From Raillietiella orientalis (taxonomy: Eukaryota), in the NCBI GenBank assembly GCA_036172245.1, contig JAYWIR010000029.1:992001-1056000 (forward strand): a stretch of 64,000 bases of DNA, given 5' to 3'. Of the stretch, positions 38,099 through 52,500 are shown in pieces. The number at the start of each line of letters is the position of its first letter. Position 1 is the first letter of the stretch. The notes below the pieces were generated by a model, which saw nothing but the letters and a program-made list of their open reading frames with translations, was not told the DNA's origin and searched no databases. A program made the translations under genes and the position numbers.

Positions 38099-39327
38099 CT
38101 CACGTACACGTTTGTTTGTCTGAGCTCACTGTTTTCCTTCCGATTCCTCTTTTTTTTGCATTGTGCCAGCAAACATGCTGCAATCGCTGCTTAATTGGAT
38201 ACTTTTTTTTTTTTTTTTTTTTTTTTAACTCAGTTTTGTAAATTAATCGAGGATCTTAGGAAATGAGGTGTTTCGACCATCAGTTTTGCGTGAAGACAAG
38301 CTCAGGCATACGATCCATTCTCTTGCAATCACGTACGGTGATGTACAAGTTTTATTCGAGAACGATTTCTGCGGGAACAGCGAAAGTTCGACTCATTTTC
38401 TACTAAAGTGCAGCATCTTTTTGTTTCCAGTTTTCCGTGTGATACGTTTGCATTTGAAACGCCTGAAACCAAAAGTGTGTTGTGTTAGGAAGCTCCGTGT
38501 CCGAATAATGTAAAATCGGTTTGCGCGCGCCTTCGGAGGAAATTGTAAATTACATATATGCATGCATTGCATTCATCAGTTATTCTTTTATTTAATGGTG
38601 AGTATCTGTGTTGAGCACTCAAGGTAATCTCAATAAAAAGGGTGAGCGTTCTTCTAGTTTTCTCGATCAAGGTGTGCTCCATGAATGCATTCAGCATGTT
38701 TGCATACAAACTGTGCGTATATTTATTGCTAGCTATCAGATGTTCTTAAATTTTATACTCTCTTGTGACGATTTAAGCACAGTTTCCTCTCGAGCATCTT
38801 ACAGCATTCCGTCGAATCGTTCTTTTGTTGTCTCCCAGAACAACGAGAGCATGTTGCCAGGATTCCCACTTCTATTTCTAGTGTGGGTTCCTATCCTCGG
38901 ACTCCATATTTACAAAAGCTGCAGTGGTTGTTTTTTTGTATTATCTCTGGCTGGCAATCTGTCCTCGTAAATTTTCAAACGATCATCTCCAAGCTGAACA
39001 CTGTCATGGCTTTTGCTTTGACCGGGTAAAGGAGTTGCGAATTTCATAATTGGCATTTCTCCAAGGAAGTTTTCTTGATGAATAAAAGAGAAGTCGGTTT
39101 GTTTTGCGCCATGTACTTTTTTGTTTTGTTTTGTTTGGTTTTTCCTCATTATTTCTCACCGCCCTCCCCCCTCCCCCTTCCCAATCAGTATAGGTCGAAA
39201 GTTGTTTTGACTACAATTCTGCATGTGGTGTTTGCATTAGCAATTTCCAAGAATTTGTTATTTAATGTGATGAAAAGTGTTTTTTTTGCGTAACCCTCCA
39301 TTTGATAACCTAAATTACTGTCTATAG

Positions 39328-42300
39328 GATTTACGACAGAAAATTGTTCTGGAAAACAAGCTCCTGAAAGGTGCAGAGAAATTGATAGAAGCCTGTAACC
39401 ATTCGTATCAAACACTAGAAGCGGCCAAACACCTGATTGCATCACGTGAACGTATAATATCGTGTACAGCAGCTTTGCAAAATCAAGGTTCCAAGACTGA
39501 AGACGTGAAAAGGTTAGACATCCCATATGAACGTAGGTGTTGCAATCTTGTTTCGATAATATAGATTCCGAAAACTCAAATTGCGTGTTCAGTGCAGCCT
39601 AAAGCTTAAATCATTTAATGCGTTCCACTCAAGTTTTCAGGTTACTTATCTCCATACTACCGAGTACAGTAATTTCGTTACTTATTTTCACGTGGGATTT
39701 TTTTGAACCCTGCCCTACAACCTTAGTCCTACAACATTTGTGTTGAACAGGGTTCAGCGCAAATGTTGTAAGGACTGATGTTGGACTTTCATATCAAACA
39801 TTTCTATCTAACATTTCATTTCTCTTCTTTCTTTCATATAAACATCCCCCCCCCCCCATCACTATTCTCTGTAGTACGTATTGTAACCGTTAGCAGTAGT
39901 ATATCAAAGTGCGCCATTAGGCGAATATTGAATTCCCATTGAGGTCGTTGGTTTTGCCGAAGTCGTTTAAGGGTAGAAGATGGGTTGGATTGCTAACCGG
40001 AACAAGCGATTCAGTGAATCTGGAAAAAAAGTAAAAAAATGATGTCCAACTTTTGCAGCCTAAGCAACACTGCTGTGTAACAAGAGGAGACTTCAGCAGC
40101 AAATCGCACACAGTTTCGCTTTCGAAGTTGCTATGCATAGGGGGGATACTCTGAGGAATTCAACGGATACAAAGAAAATTAGAGATGTATTGAAATTCTG
40201 AAGTTAGCAGAAACCTAATAGACAGTAACCAAATGAATTGATTACGGTAGTAACATTGAACCTGGAACATACCAGGACGCTTCGCGAGACCTGTTTGGCA
40301 TTCATGCACATCCCGCGTACACTCTGGACAAAGTCATTGGCAATGCTGTACGACAGTTGCAGCATCTTATTCTTGACGAGCTCCCCCTGCAATGTACTGA
40401 GCTGTTTCAGCAAGAGCAACGGAGAGGTGCTACAGGAGGATCTTGTAGTGCCGCATATTATAGGCAGAGTGCTTATAGAAATTTGTTTACTATATTGGAA
40501 TAATTCAGCTTCGAGTGAAGAACGTCGTTAGTTTAGCGAACGAGGTGGTGTACTTTGGATGTCGGAAAGTCGGAGAAATCTTTGCTAAACTGATTCAAAA
40601 ATGACTCCCATCAGCGAAATAGGAAAGAGTGCCAAAGAAACGAGTCGTATTTTTCAGATGAAATGCAAGTTCAGTTGGCTTCGCAAAGGTTACATATGTT
40701 CTTGCCTAAATTAGCGCGCGGAGGGTCCAAAGAGGGAGCAGAATGCAAGTCCGGAATTGAAGCAAACAAATGGAAAGAGAAGAGTCCTGTTCGAAAGTAA
40801 ATCAAGCAGTGGAAATTGCCGACCAAAGTGATCATAAGAAAAAGACCAACTCGGAAGTAAAACACAACGCAAAAACCCTTCGGTTCTTCACGGGGAACTC
40901 TGGAACGGATTGCATGCACGCAAGTCTGCATGTGAGCAGCGTGTTTTTCGTAGTCCTTTTCGGCTAGGAGCTCTTCGTATTTCATTTAATTCATAGTAGT
41001 AGTAGTAGAAAGGAAATTTCTTTCAGATGGTATGTTCGGTGTGAATCCGCACAATTCTGAATAAGTGAAGTATGGAAGATAAGAAACGAAAATTGAAAAC
41101 AGGTGGCATGTTGTGTTTGATCCAGTAAGCTGCCTGGTAGACGAGCCAAGAAAGAAAAAAGTCAGACATAATGGATTAAATATTATAAAATCGGGAATCG
41201 TGATTGCCCATGATGGAAGTAATTCAAACTCGTGGTTTCCGATTGACTCGACTGTCTCGTGGGATATGCAAAAAAAAAAAAAAGGGGGTGCAGAATGCTA
41301 TTTTGGGGGATGCTCTGCAAGAAAAAATTACTGATATTGGAAAACGTGTTTCTAGGAAAATCCTCAGTGTCATCAAAGCATCAGGAGCTAATAAAGGAAA
41401 TGAAATTAACTTGTCTGATGAGCATATATAAAGAACGTTGTGTATAACAGCTTAATAATTTGAAAAGCCGTTTTACTTGAGAAGGCCTGGGTAAACTGCC
41501 AAAAATCATGACAACGAAATTCGTAGCAGATGGGGGATAATCAACAAACCTTCGTGACTTACATATGTGCATTTCGTTTCGTTAAATTACGAATCTAATC
41601 TCCATAACCCATCATTAACAAAGGACAGGATTCGCGAGCTATTTATATAGTCCGCGAATTTTATATTAATAAAAAGGCGAAGAAATAACCACAAAGCATT
41701 TCATTATCATAACTTTTTCTAATAGCTCCCTCCCCCCCTTTTTTTAAATAGCGAGGTTTCCGCATAAGAGTCTATATCTTTCTTAGCACAGCAAAGGTGG
41801 GTCTTTCTGATCTACGGATACCCTTGGCATGGAAAGACACAGATCATTTCAAGAACAAAGGGGACTATCGACGGTTTGCTGTGTTTTGCCTCGTTCGAAT
41901 TGGAACCGATGTCTTTGACACTTGTATGCTGAGTCCTGTTGACCGTTCACTAACTGACCTGACCTTTGATGATGAGATTGTTTTGTAAGTTGCTTATATA
42001 GATCATATATCGGTTGAAAAACGACTTCAAAATGGGATTTGTTATGAACAGGATGAATTTTTAATTGAAGCATACGCATTTTGAATGAACAATTTTCTTT
42101 CAGTGAAAACGTCCTTCCTGATTTTGATATCATAATTGAAGTATACAGCCATAAGTTAGATGACTTGAGCATTGCATCTACATCAAGGAAGCTCAAGCAG
42201 ACCCTTCATAGTTCAATCAGTCGCACAATGGGACGCAAAATAGCAAGTAGCATAAAGACGGAGTTTAACTGTGAAGATAGCTACTATTTTCAAAAAGTGG

Positions 42301-43042
42301 CAACTTCAAAGCTTAAATTAGCAGACAGTAGTAATTTCATAAAACCTCATGATCTAGTCTTAGAAGCATCCCAAGCAGCATTCAGTCAGCTTCCACTGTT
42401 TGGTCATTTTTGTTGTAGACTTTCTGTTGAACCTCAGTGTTACACAAGTGATGTGGTGTCAGGTGTTGCACTTTGCTCCTGGAAACCCAATCAGCAATTA
42501 GAAGAGCACTGGGTGCTATTGCAAAAGGCTTTGGTTCAAATTTGGCAAACTGAACGTTGTTATCGCAACAAGGACATGGCAAAGTATGAATTTCATTTTT
42601 CCCCTGATATGAAAGTCATACCTAATAAAGAACATAAAGAACTGAAACTGGAAAACTTTGATTGCATGTTGTTAGTTAAGTGTTTAGACAGTGAACGTTA
42701 TGAATTCTGGCAACAAAATATTCAAAAACAGTTATCAAATTTTCTTTTATGGCAGCACTGCTTTTTGAATCCTATGAATATTTTACCATCAAAGTTCCAA
42801 GCACATGCCATGTACAGAAGAACTGGCTCATTGTATGAAGATGTTCCCATTAAAGGTAGTTAACATAATTTCAGTTGCATTATCATGAGCTTAGATTGTG
42901 CCTCTCTTTAGCTGAAGGCTCTGCAGTCTTGCAGAATGGAACGTCACTGCTCCTCCATGATGCACCTTGCCACTCAATGAGACTACGCAGTAAATCCATG
43001 TTTTGGTGGTTCCCCAAAAGTCATCGGAAATGTCTTACTTAA
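39328..43042 (+). CDS. RTKN: Rhotekin-like protein (HR1, anillin-homology and PH domains); 5' exon(s) unresolved, candidate ATG at 38033
   Basis: HR1: DLRQKIVLENKLLKGAEKLIEACNHSYQTLEAAKHL. AH: VGLSDLRIPLAWKDTDHFKNKGDYRRFAVFCL, PDFDIIIEVYSH, LPLFGHFCCRL. Also RRTGSLYEDVP. The last exon ends in TAA at 43042. Confidence 0.88.
39718..39783. repeat. Long imperfect foldback (about 30-bp stem, 3-nt loop) in a rhotekin intron
   Basis: caaccttagtcctacaacatttgtgttgaac agg gttcagcgcaaatgttgtaaggactgatgttg. Confidence 0.75.
40249..40473 (+). pseudogene. Isolated fragment of Sin3A C-terminal domain coding sequence in a rhotekin intron
   Basis: Reads SNIEPGTYQDASRDLFGIHAHPAYTLDKVIGNAVRQLQHLILDELPLQCTELFQQEQRRGATGGSC, matching the Sin3 pattern YEDxLRxMFxIHAYxAxTxDKxI...VRQLQH...GATGG. 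Confidence 0.8.
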
Positions 43043-43155
43043 GTTAAATTAAGAAGACACCAACTTTCTTTGAAGAGCATTAATTTTTAAAGTGAACCAT
43101 TCCCTTTATTATTATTTACTTGATAATGAAACATACTTACTATTGCTGCATATCA

Positions 43156-44773
43156 CTATGTTATCTCTGTGTAGTCACTCATGTTCGATATACGACTGTC
43201 TCGCAGGTGAAGCTTTGATACCTCTTGCAGATCTGGATTATCTGAATCCACTTTCTCAAGTTTTTGAGAAACAAGATTGCCAACAGGAGATTTTGAAGTA
43301 AAAACTATTGGTATCTGCGCTAACTTGGGGCATTCCTTCTCGAGAAATCGAATCCATGATAAAAGAGAATCCTGGCTAGAAGTTCCTGTTGCACACATGG
43401 CCAAAATGGTGCCATCTGCCTGTTCATGCACACTCTGCTCCTCAGCATAGAGAGCAGGAACACTTAAAGTAGGATTGAAGTAAGGTGAATAGAGATTTGA
43501 TACATCTTGGGAGGAACAAAATTAGTTTGAACACTCTAGCACATTACAACTGACCATCTAGATTTCTGACAACATCCTGCTTTGAGCATGGTTCTGTTCT
43601 CAAAATAAAGTAAGCCACAGAGGATTTTCGCAGCCAGACCCTAAATGCACCCTCTACATAAATAATTTGTTGAGCACTCAATCGTTGCACTAATTTTTGC
43701 TGAATAGGACTGAAGCTGCTAACAATCCATGTTGGGTCTATGGAATCTTCCAACTCTTCTGCCTAAAAATATATTGATTCTTATGCAGCAGTGCTTCAGT
43801 TACAAATTAATTGAACATATAACTATAACCATCACGTTTGTTATTTACCTTGTATATTTTTAACTGTGCAGTAACATCCACACTACTTAACCGTCTCATT
43901 GCTAACATTACCAATTCTAAAGTATCATCAGGAACTGAAGATGGTAGTCGCCAAGGGGATAAGTTCTTCATTTTTGGCATCCAGTATAGCATTCTCCCAC
44001 ATTTTCTTACAGGATAAGAAAGGTTTCCAAATATATTTTTCAATAACTCCATTACTTCTCTTGTTGGGCAAATACCTTAAAGCATGCATTCTGACAAACG
44101 TACAACTGGTATCAAAATAATAGCTATTACTTGATAGCAAATCACGCAAATAATAAAGTCAAATGATCAACCAATAATCTGTTAACTGTTAAAGGTTCAG
44201 TTATTTGTGGAGCAATCAAATTCCATGGCATAAAAAAATGAAAATGCTTATAACTTACTAGACGCTCTTATAATATGAATTCAAAAAAAAAATGAAATTT
44301 TAGTAATCAGGGAAGGCATGATGCTCACCACTGCTTTCCATTTTTTGAAGGACATCAACAGCACACTGTTGATGCCTAGGAAAGTGCATGAATGCAACCT
44401 GAATCTTATTTTCTGGCACCATCCTGCCCTTTGGAAACAAATTCAGCAATTTGATATAGGTGTCAATATCTTTGTTGACGCCAAATTCATCCATAAATTT
44501 CAGTGCACTATATATAAATTCAACTTGCCCTCTGTAATGCGTATCTTTCTCATGGAAAAATTGAATTGCTAGCCAAAAGTTTTTCTTATTCTTTTCGGGA
44601 GCTGATTCGAAAACGTCTAATGGTAGCAGCTTCCTTTCCTCACTCTTATTTTTAGCAAAATATACAGATGCACTTGTGTATAGGGGTTTGTATTTGTGCT
44701 TAGTTTTAGTTGATGCAAACAAGTAACTGTATGTAATACACTCTCGTGAAAACCGAGCACACTTTCTAAACAT
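43156..44773 (-). CDS. ECSIT: ECSIT (mitochondrial complex I assembly factor / Toll pathway intermediate), 4 exons
   Basis: RGQVEFIYSALKFMDEFGVNKDIDTYIKLLNLFPKG, FMHFPRHQQCAVDVLQKME, RMLYWMPKM, YVEGAFRVWLR, HEQADGTILAMCATGTSSQDSLLSWIRFL. Confidence 0.93.
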
Positions 44774-47700
44774 TATACTTGATCACACGGCATACATAAG
44801 AAACAATTAAAATCGAAAATTAACCCACGTGAGCATTTTTCTATTAATACTTTCGTCTTTTGCATTCTCATCAAATAGTACCAGGCTGACAGCAGCACAT
44901 ACCCAAATGAAATGATAGCGGTTGTCTCATGGCCATATGAATAAAGGGGGTCCCCGTGCACCCACTACGTCCCACATGAATTTCCACACCTGGAAAAAGT
45001 GGAGATCTGCAGATTATGATTTGTGTTTTGCTTTGAGAATAAATTCTACAGTCGTAGGAGCGTTTATTTGTTTTCCTTTTGCTCAAACGTAGAGCTTCAG
45101 GCTACTGTCACTTCTGTTTACTAATAGGGATCGAGTCTGGAAATAGGACTGAAATCACCAAATCTAAATGGGAACCTGAAAAACATGGAAAGTTATAATG
45201 CTTTTTAAATCGTCCACATGCACATGAACGGAAAATTAATTGATTTTAAAAATCGAAAAGTAGATACAAATACTGTGCACAAGATAGCTTGTCATGTACT
45301 CATGTTTATCTAAATTGGAAGAAACTTCAAAGCATCAAAATGCTTCAATTAAGTCGTGGCACCTGAAACTGATTTGTTTACATGACAAATCCACTAAGAG
45401 AACCGTTCAAAAACGGAAAATTTTCAAGCTTGTTGGTCTCTTCAGACAATACGGTATGACAGACATGACAATACACGACACTTTTTGATTAACTGACGTC
45501 CAAAAAATTGAAATTTCAGTATTTATAATAGCGATTATTCTATTACACCGTAATTGTAGCTTATGAACTGACAAAATATGATTTCTGAATTAATGATTTT
45601 AACACGTGATGAATCAGTCCATCCTGTATTGAAAGATATACTTACAGGTCCTATGGAAATAAACCGTTTAAATCTTTTCAAAAGATTACAAGAGTACAAG
45701 AAGCATTCAATTATTAAGTATGTTTTTTTTTTTTTTTTAGAAAAAAAAGAAGCTCGGAATCCCGCTATCCTCATCTCCATAGAACTCAGTTTACAATTCA
45801 AGATACTAACATAATATGATACTTCTGCAGTGAATTGCGATGACGAAGACTAGTTTTAGATTTTAGACGGAACTCAGGTAATACAAGGCCAGCCAAAGAA
45901 TACTTGCAAAGAATATGCAATCGGTAAATCATATCTTGCTAAAAGCAATCAGAAAAGACACTTGAAGGGAAAGATTGCTTCGACAATGAAATTTGGAACG
46001 AATGAATGAATTTCTCATGAAAATTGGAGTATTTCGGCACATTGGAGTAGGGATCGGCCCACTCCGACCTGACGAAGTCAAAGAAAACTTCAAGTATCTC
46101 AGTATTTTCCTATTTTCTCTTACATCAACGGCATACAAAGTTACCCAAAAAATTCCTTTGTTAAACATGAGATGAAATTATCTTCGAAAATTGACAAACT
46201 AGCGATTAGAAATATGGTAAGCTGCATTAGATTATAAATTCTGAAATCCTCTTATTTTTGAAATTTCGAAGATTCGAGTTTTCCCAAACTTGATAAATTA
46301 TCTGTTCGTCATGTGATCAGAAAAGTAGTTCCTGATAAATGAATAACGAATACACGATGCAGGTCAGTAAATTGATAGGGGAAATGCCAAATTTGCGGAA
46401 TCTCAAAACTAAAGAAATTTCATAAACAACAGAATGAGACATTTTTCATGTGAACACTGAGAACACTGAGCTTACAATCTCATACTTGAAATATGTAAAA
46501 ATGAACTGTCTAAATTATGGTGTCAAAATTATATTAAACACGGCGGTTGCTGCTACATGATAAGTTATATTTTTTTTTTATTTATAGGAAAAGCATTTCT
46601 TTCCAAAACTTATCCTGGACAAACCTAAAATCTAAGTGTGCTAATCAGATGTAAATGCAGCCTGCAATACGCTAGGAATGACAAAACTCTAGGTGATTTT
46701 TGTACCGATATAAGTTGCAAGCATGTTAAATCGTTGTGCTTAAGAAAATACACGTTTATTTACAAAAAAATTTGAAACAATTCTTCAATTTCATGAATTA
46801 ATTACTTCATTCTTAGATTATTACGCTAGAGTAATTGAACATGTTTAGTGTATGGACATTCGTTTTATTCTTATGTAAAGGAAGACTTATTCCTAACTTT
46901 TTAAATAATTCTATACAATTTCGAAAAGGCTTGTTATCCTTGCATAAGTTGCAAGCAATCCAAGCCAGAAAGTTTTTTATGTATTCGCCACAGAAAAACA
47001 AAGAAATTATTTAATAATAATGACAGAAGTAGTATTTTACTCTAAAATGGTATATATTTGAAGAAAGCAAGGAAATTTAGGAATTCAAGAAACCAATGGA
47101 AGTTTTATACCCCAAAATTACAGCCATAAATACGCTCAAAATAGTTTAGAAAATGTTAAATGTAGTTATCATAGGAACAAATCAAACAAATATAACATAC
47201 AGAATACTTTAAATTGCTTATTTTTGTTCAAATGGACAAATACTTTGGTGACGCAAGTAGTCCGAAGTAGGTTTTATTTCAGAGGAAAGCCATAAACAAT
47301 ATGTATGAACACAGACTCTTCAATAACGGTATATCTATTTCAAGATACACATCAACGACCGATGAGAAATTCAGTAATTATGAGTCTCGAATGCGACTGA
47401 AAACACAGTGGGAAATCAAGGAGAGCAAATAGTGCAAGGGAAACAACTGACATAGTTGCCAGTGTGATCGATCGGATGGTACCCTCCCTAGCAAAAGATG
47501 GAGCAGTGCTCGGAAAAATGCTGCTCAGGAAAAACTTGATGCAACTCTGCCAAATGTTTTCCTTCCTAACCAAGCAAAGATGAAAAAAATCTTTCCAAGG
47601 TACTGATTATGATAACAGACACCTTTACATGTGCGTTACCTTGGGATCTGGTAGCCTCCTCAGATACAAGGAGAGAGAGTGCCAGTCTTGTATCGAATCT

Positions 47701-49550
47701 GTTGTATGCCTGCTGGTGTACCTTACCGCCTTGGTTTGCAGATTTCAAGGGATCATTGATTGGAAGCTGGATATTGCTAAGGAGTCTGAAATCTCATTAA
47801 GCACAAATCAAGATATCTGCTTCTCACCATCCGTACTTGCATCCATAGAAGAGCTTGTCTACTACATGCGCGTACATGTACGCCTCATTTCTGTGGAGTC
47901 CTGTAAACTATTAATGGAACCTTTTTCGTGTTATTTGTATTACTTTTCTTCATTTATTGCAGACTGAAAAAAACAGGCGATCTTTCTTCGGAGCAGATTC
48001 TCGATAAAGTATGACAAAATATTTCCAGCTCTTTCTTTCTCAAAGGAGCAAAAAGAGAACAAAACTCCATTCCGAGTTCGATTTTTATTGATATAAAGTT
48101 GGTACTAAAGTTCCAGTAACCTTTTCTCCTGATTCCTTCCAACTGAGAGGAGAAAAAAAGTAATTCAACCACCATTTCACAAGTCGTGTACAAAGGAGGG
48201 CTCGTCCTAGGAACATCAGCATGCATAATATCATGTGTGAATGATACAGGCTTCCTTCTCAATAAGATCTCTCCCGTGAGTACCCCCTTTCCCTTCTTCC
48301 CACACCAAAGGAAACTTTCTGGCAAGTTCATTCCGTCTGATCAAATCTTTTTCTAATTATGGAACAGGAATGATCATAATTCCACAGAAGATTCAGAAGA
48401 ATAACGGAATTAATAAACTGTAGAAGAATATGCATGCGAAATGATTCTTGATTAGGATGATCATTTCCGACCCACTGGAGACAGCCGGAGGGATTTTCTG
48501 TAAATCATCTATGTTGGATCAATGTTTTGATGCTTCATACAAACAGAAGGGCAAAAACGAAAGGAAAAAAAACCTCCGGGTGAAATGAAGAATGGCTGAA
48601 ACGAACCACTTGCACTGTTTTCCTCCGCACGTATCATAGTCGTAACAGCAACCTTTCTGCTCGAAGAGTAGAATTCACCTCTACATCTATGGTACTGCAC
48701 TGTGTGGTACTCTTTACCCTCTCACCTTGAGTTTTAATTTCCTGCCATCGAAAGCTCCTTCTGTGTTCTCTCTGGTCCATCGCAATATATCTCACGCTAG
48801 TCTCTAACTACAATAATTTATGCGATGTAAACACATCTCGAGAGGCAGCCGTGAAAAAACAAACAAAGAAGAAAAAAAAAACACCGTGAAAATCAGCAAC
48901 CGTGAATGCTTCTGCATTCGTGAATTCCGATTCAACTCCGGAAACTTCTACCTTGTTTAAAAGAAAGAATGAAGTCGGATTCTCTTTTCTCAGTTTTCTG
49001 TTTCCATGTGCGGTCCAATTAGAACACAATTAGAGCATTTTCATTCGATTTCGATCTTGGAAGCTAGAGAACATGCTTCCCTTCAAAATGACTTCCTTCG
49101 CCAGAAAATTCTCTCTAGCAAGGAACGGTAAGCATTTTCGTTTGTTTGTTTGAAGCAACTGTATAGCACGCATTGCTTGCGCGAACTTTCTGGTCACATA
49201 GCATGGCACTCCCCATATTTCATCGAATCGCGAGTGCGAGTGATTGCATGCACATTGCACGTAAACACTCGGCAAATGGGGTCCATCTTTTGGCCACTCT
49301 TCCACAAGCAAGGAGAAGAAAACAGCGAGAAACGCGCATGCTGCCAACCACTCTTCCTTCAATGCTCTAGATCACTACTGTGACATCACACGCTACGTGC
49401 CGACTCGTTTCAGGACCACGGTAGAATGACCTCTGCCTAGCGAAGAAGTGCCTTTTGGACGGAAATCTCCTACGAATGCTTCAGTATCGTTGCCGGCGTT
49501 AGCGAGAGGGAAATAATTTCCGTTATCCCGAGTGAAGGATTTCGTGTACA

Positions 49551-52500
49551 ATGAAACCTCTGATCATATATTTCGGAATGTGTATAGGAATCAGTTTGTT
49601 GTTTTTCACCGTGTACAACGTGTATAATTACTCTTACCTTTGTGCCGAGCTTGGCAATTCCCAAAGCGCAAAATGTTACCCTCAACACCTAGTTTATAAT
49701 TTCATGCAAGATGATACAACGGCACTATTGGACGCAAGGTAAAGTACTCAGCTTCCCGTTCGTGTATTTGACCTTTCGATTTCTTTACTACAGAGCGCAT
49801 TTTCTCAATTTTCTCCGCAGTGTTCTTTTAACAGCTTAGTAGCCATCATAGCTGTGTTAGGATATATCCCTTCCGGTATTGTTTTAAGTCTTGTAATATT
49901 GGCAGGCACGGTAGATTAATGTGATATAATTTTTGAATAGCTGAGTGTTGTTTCATGGATTCTCTTTCACGAAGCAACATGCATCAGTAGATAATAATCA
50001 TCTGAAAACGCTCTCCTTGCATTCAGTCTCATGAGTGGCTGAACCTGCCGTCTTAAGTCTGTCGGTGTGCCATTACATAAGTGGCTCCAGAGTGCGGGAA
50101 ACGTGCTACCAGTTGAGGAAGCAGAAAGCTCTCTCATGGGAAAGATTGCGTCCATAAAATTAACGAGTGCACGACTACACTAGCACTTTCGCGAATGTTT
50201 CTAACGAACAACAAGAGCTCTTCCGGTAATGGCTCGAAGCAAACGAGTGGACGGAAACCAAGCAAACATGCTTGAAATATTAACTAGTTCTAATCCTTTG
50301 ATCATTTGCTCCGTTGAATAGCTGATGCTTTCATTTATGTATGTATATATATTTTTTTCAACACCAACAAAAGCTTTATTTCAGTGATACCGCAGTCCAT
50401 TTCAATTATTCTATGGAGAGGGATATCTTCTACCCGTGGAAGGAAGACACTCAGTGCTCTCATTATTCTGTCAGGTCAGTCAGCACGAAACTCTTTGCGT
50501 CACAAGTCCTATCTGGCACATCGCACAAGCCCGCTCTAATAACTCTGGTAACGGATGCTGTCACTCTCTGAATGTCATCCATCGTCGGCATCGGAAGCCC
50601 TTGGAAGGTGTTTTCCCTTAGACAAGAACACATGCATGTTTTTTCCAATATGGAAAATGGCAAGCGAACCTGCCTGGTGAACTGAGATACGAACTCATCT
50701 TAATCAGCCATAGAAATGCAGAATGCAACTGATTTAAATGCGCGAAGCAGGTCTTGTGCTTTTCGATAGGCGCACTGATTATTCAATCCAGTTTTTTCGT
50801 TTCGGTGAAGCCATGCTTCTAGAAAGAACAAGCTTTCCATCCATCTTGGAAATACAGTGATCGTTCCGAAGTGAAGAGTCGGAAGCAAAATACAAGGGTT
50901 ACCAATCACAGGTGAATGAAAAAGTGTGCGCAAGGGAACCTATTCTCGTCCATACCAGTCATATGATCACAAAATAAGATTATAATGTCAAGTTCTCACA
51001 TATGACGTTAGGATGATAACTGATCGGTCGAATCGCAGCTTCGGTTGTTAGAGCACAAGCAACACTAAAAGCAAAATGAAAAAAAGAACAAGAGTCGCTT
51101 GTTAGCTTTCTTAAAACAGCATCTTAGACAACCTCGTTTTTACGTAATGACTCTCAAAGACTCCAAGCAGAGCGCGATTGAAAAAAATACCAAACAAAAG
51201 TGTCATTTCCGAGTTGATTTTGGTTTGTTTCCTTCACACGAATACACGTGCAAGTCGATAAGTAATTGCTGAGGAGGCTGGAACCGAATGGGGTGATTTC
51301 CTCAGAGCCGGTTTGTGGAAACACGGGGAAGCGTTTCGGAGCTCATACTCATTCCCGTGTTTTATTCTGAGTACATTAGGGAGTCTCTAGATTCACCTGT
51401 TAAAACAAAACTCAAATATGTGTTGATTCAATTAGTAGAACGCTGAACCGCATTCGACCTGGGTGGAGTGACGTGCGTTCGCCTATGGGCAGTTGCAGTT
51501 CGTTTTTTCTGTGTCACATGCTGGACTCATGGTTGGAACACTTCAGCGTCCTTCGAGTTTTGTACACACGGAGCGGGTAGCAAAGCACCACACTTCCCTG
51601 GAAGAACGTGTACTTAAAATCCGAACTCTTTTCAAGATCTTTCAAAATATCAGAAAGTTCATTCTCTCACCGTATTCTCTCATGCGTGTTGATCGCTAAT
51701 TCTTGCGGATGTGTACCTGATGCAGAAGCTGACGCTTCCTTCATTCTGTCGGAATTGTCGGGACAGTTCCGCAGTCTATCGAATCTATCTTCTAACACAC
51801 AATTGAGGATTGTGGTGTTTATGCTGAAGAGTGAGTCTTGTGTTGTGAATTTGTCCGATTTCCTGGGTTTCCTCAGAGAAGAACTCGTGACATCTTCGCT
51901 CCACATCTCTGCCATTTTCAGCTTTTATTATTCAAGTTGGAACCTACAGAAAGACTTTTCCCAAGTCTCTTGAGAAAGTTCTTTTTGTTTGACTCGAATC
52001 TTAATCGAAAATGCAAAGCCGGTTGCAACTTTAGACTTTACCTCTTTGAAATTTATTTTCTAGGTTTGCTACCGTGCACAGCTTTCGACCCGCACTCCTG
52101 ATCAGCTACCCGGGATCAGGAAATACTTGGCTGAGGTATCTGATCCAGGGTGCAACAGGAGTGTTCACTGGCTCCATTTACGAGGACTACAGCCTTGCCA
52201 GCCAAGGTACTGTGCTCTGCAGAGTTCCGACCTTGCTTTAACCCTTTGGGTGTGGAGCTCATCAGATTTAACCGTTTTGTGTTGACAGCACGCGAGTCGC
52301 AGTTGCCACCTCTGTGAGCGGAATGCTTTTTCGCGTACCGCGTGCTCTATCAGAGGTGCCACCGTTTGACTTTATATAAAGTGCTGATTCAAGTTACTGT
52401 GTTATAATTGTTCGTTTGCACTAAAATATTGCAACAAAATATTTTCATTTTTCCCAAACACATATAATTTATTTAAAAACTAGAATTCCAATAAAATCAA

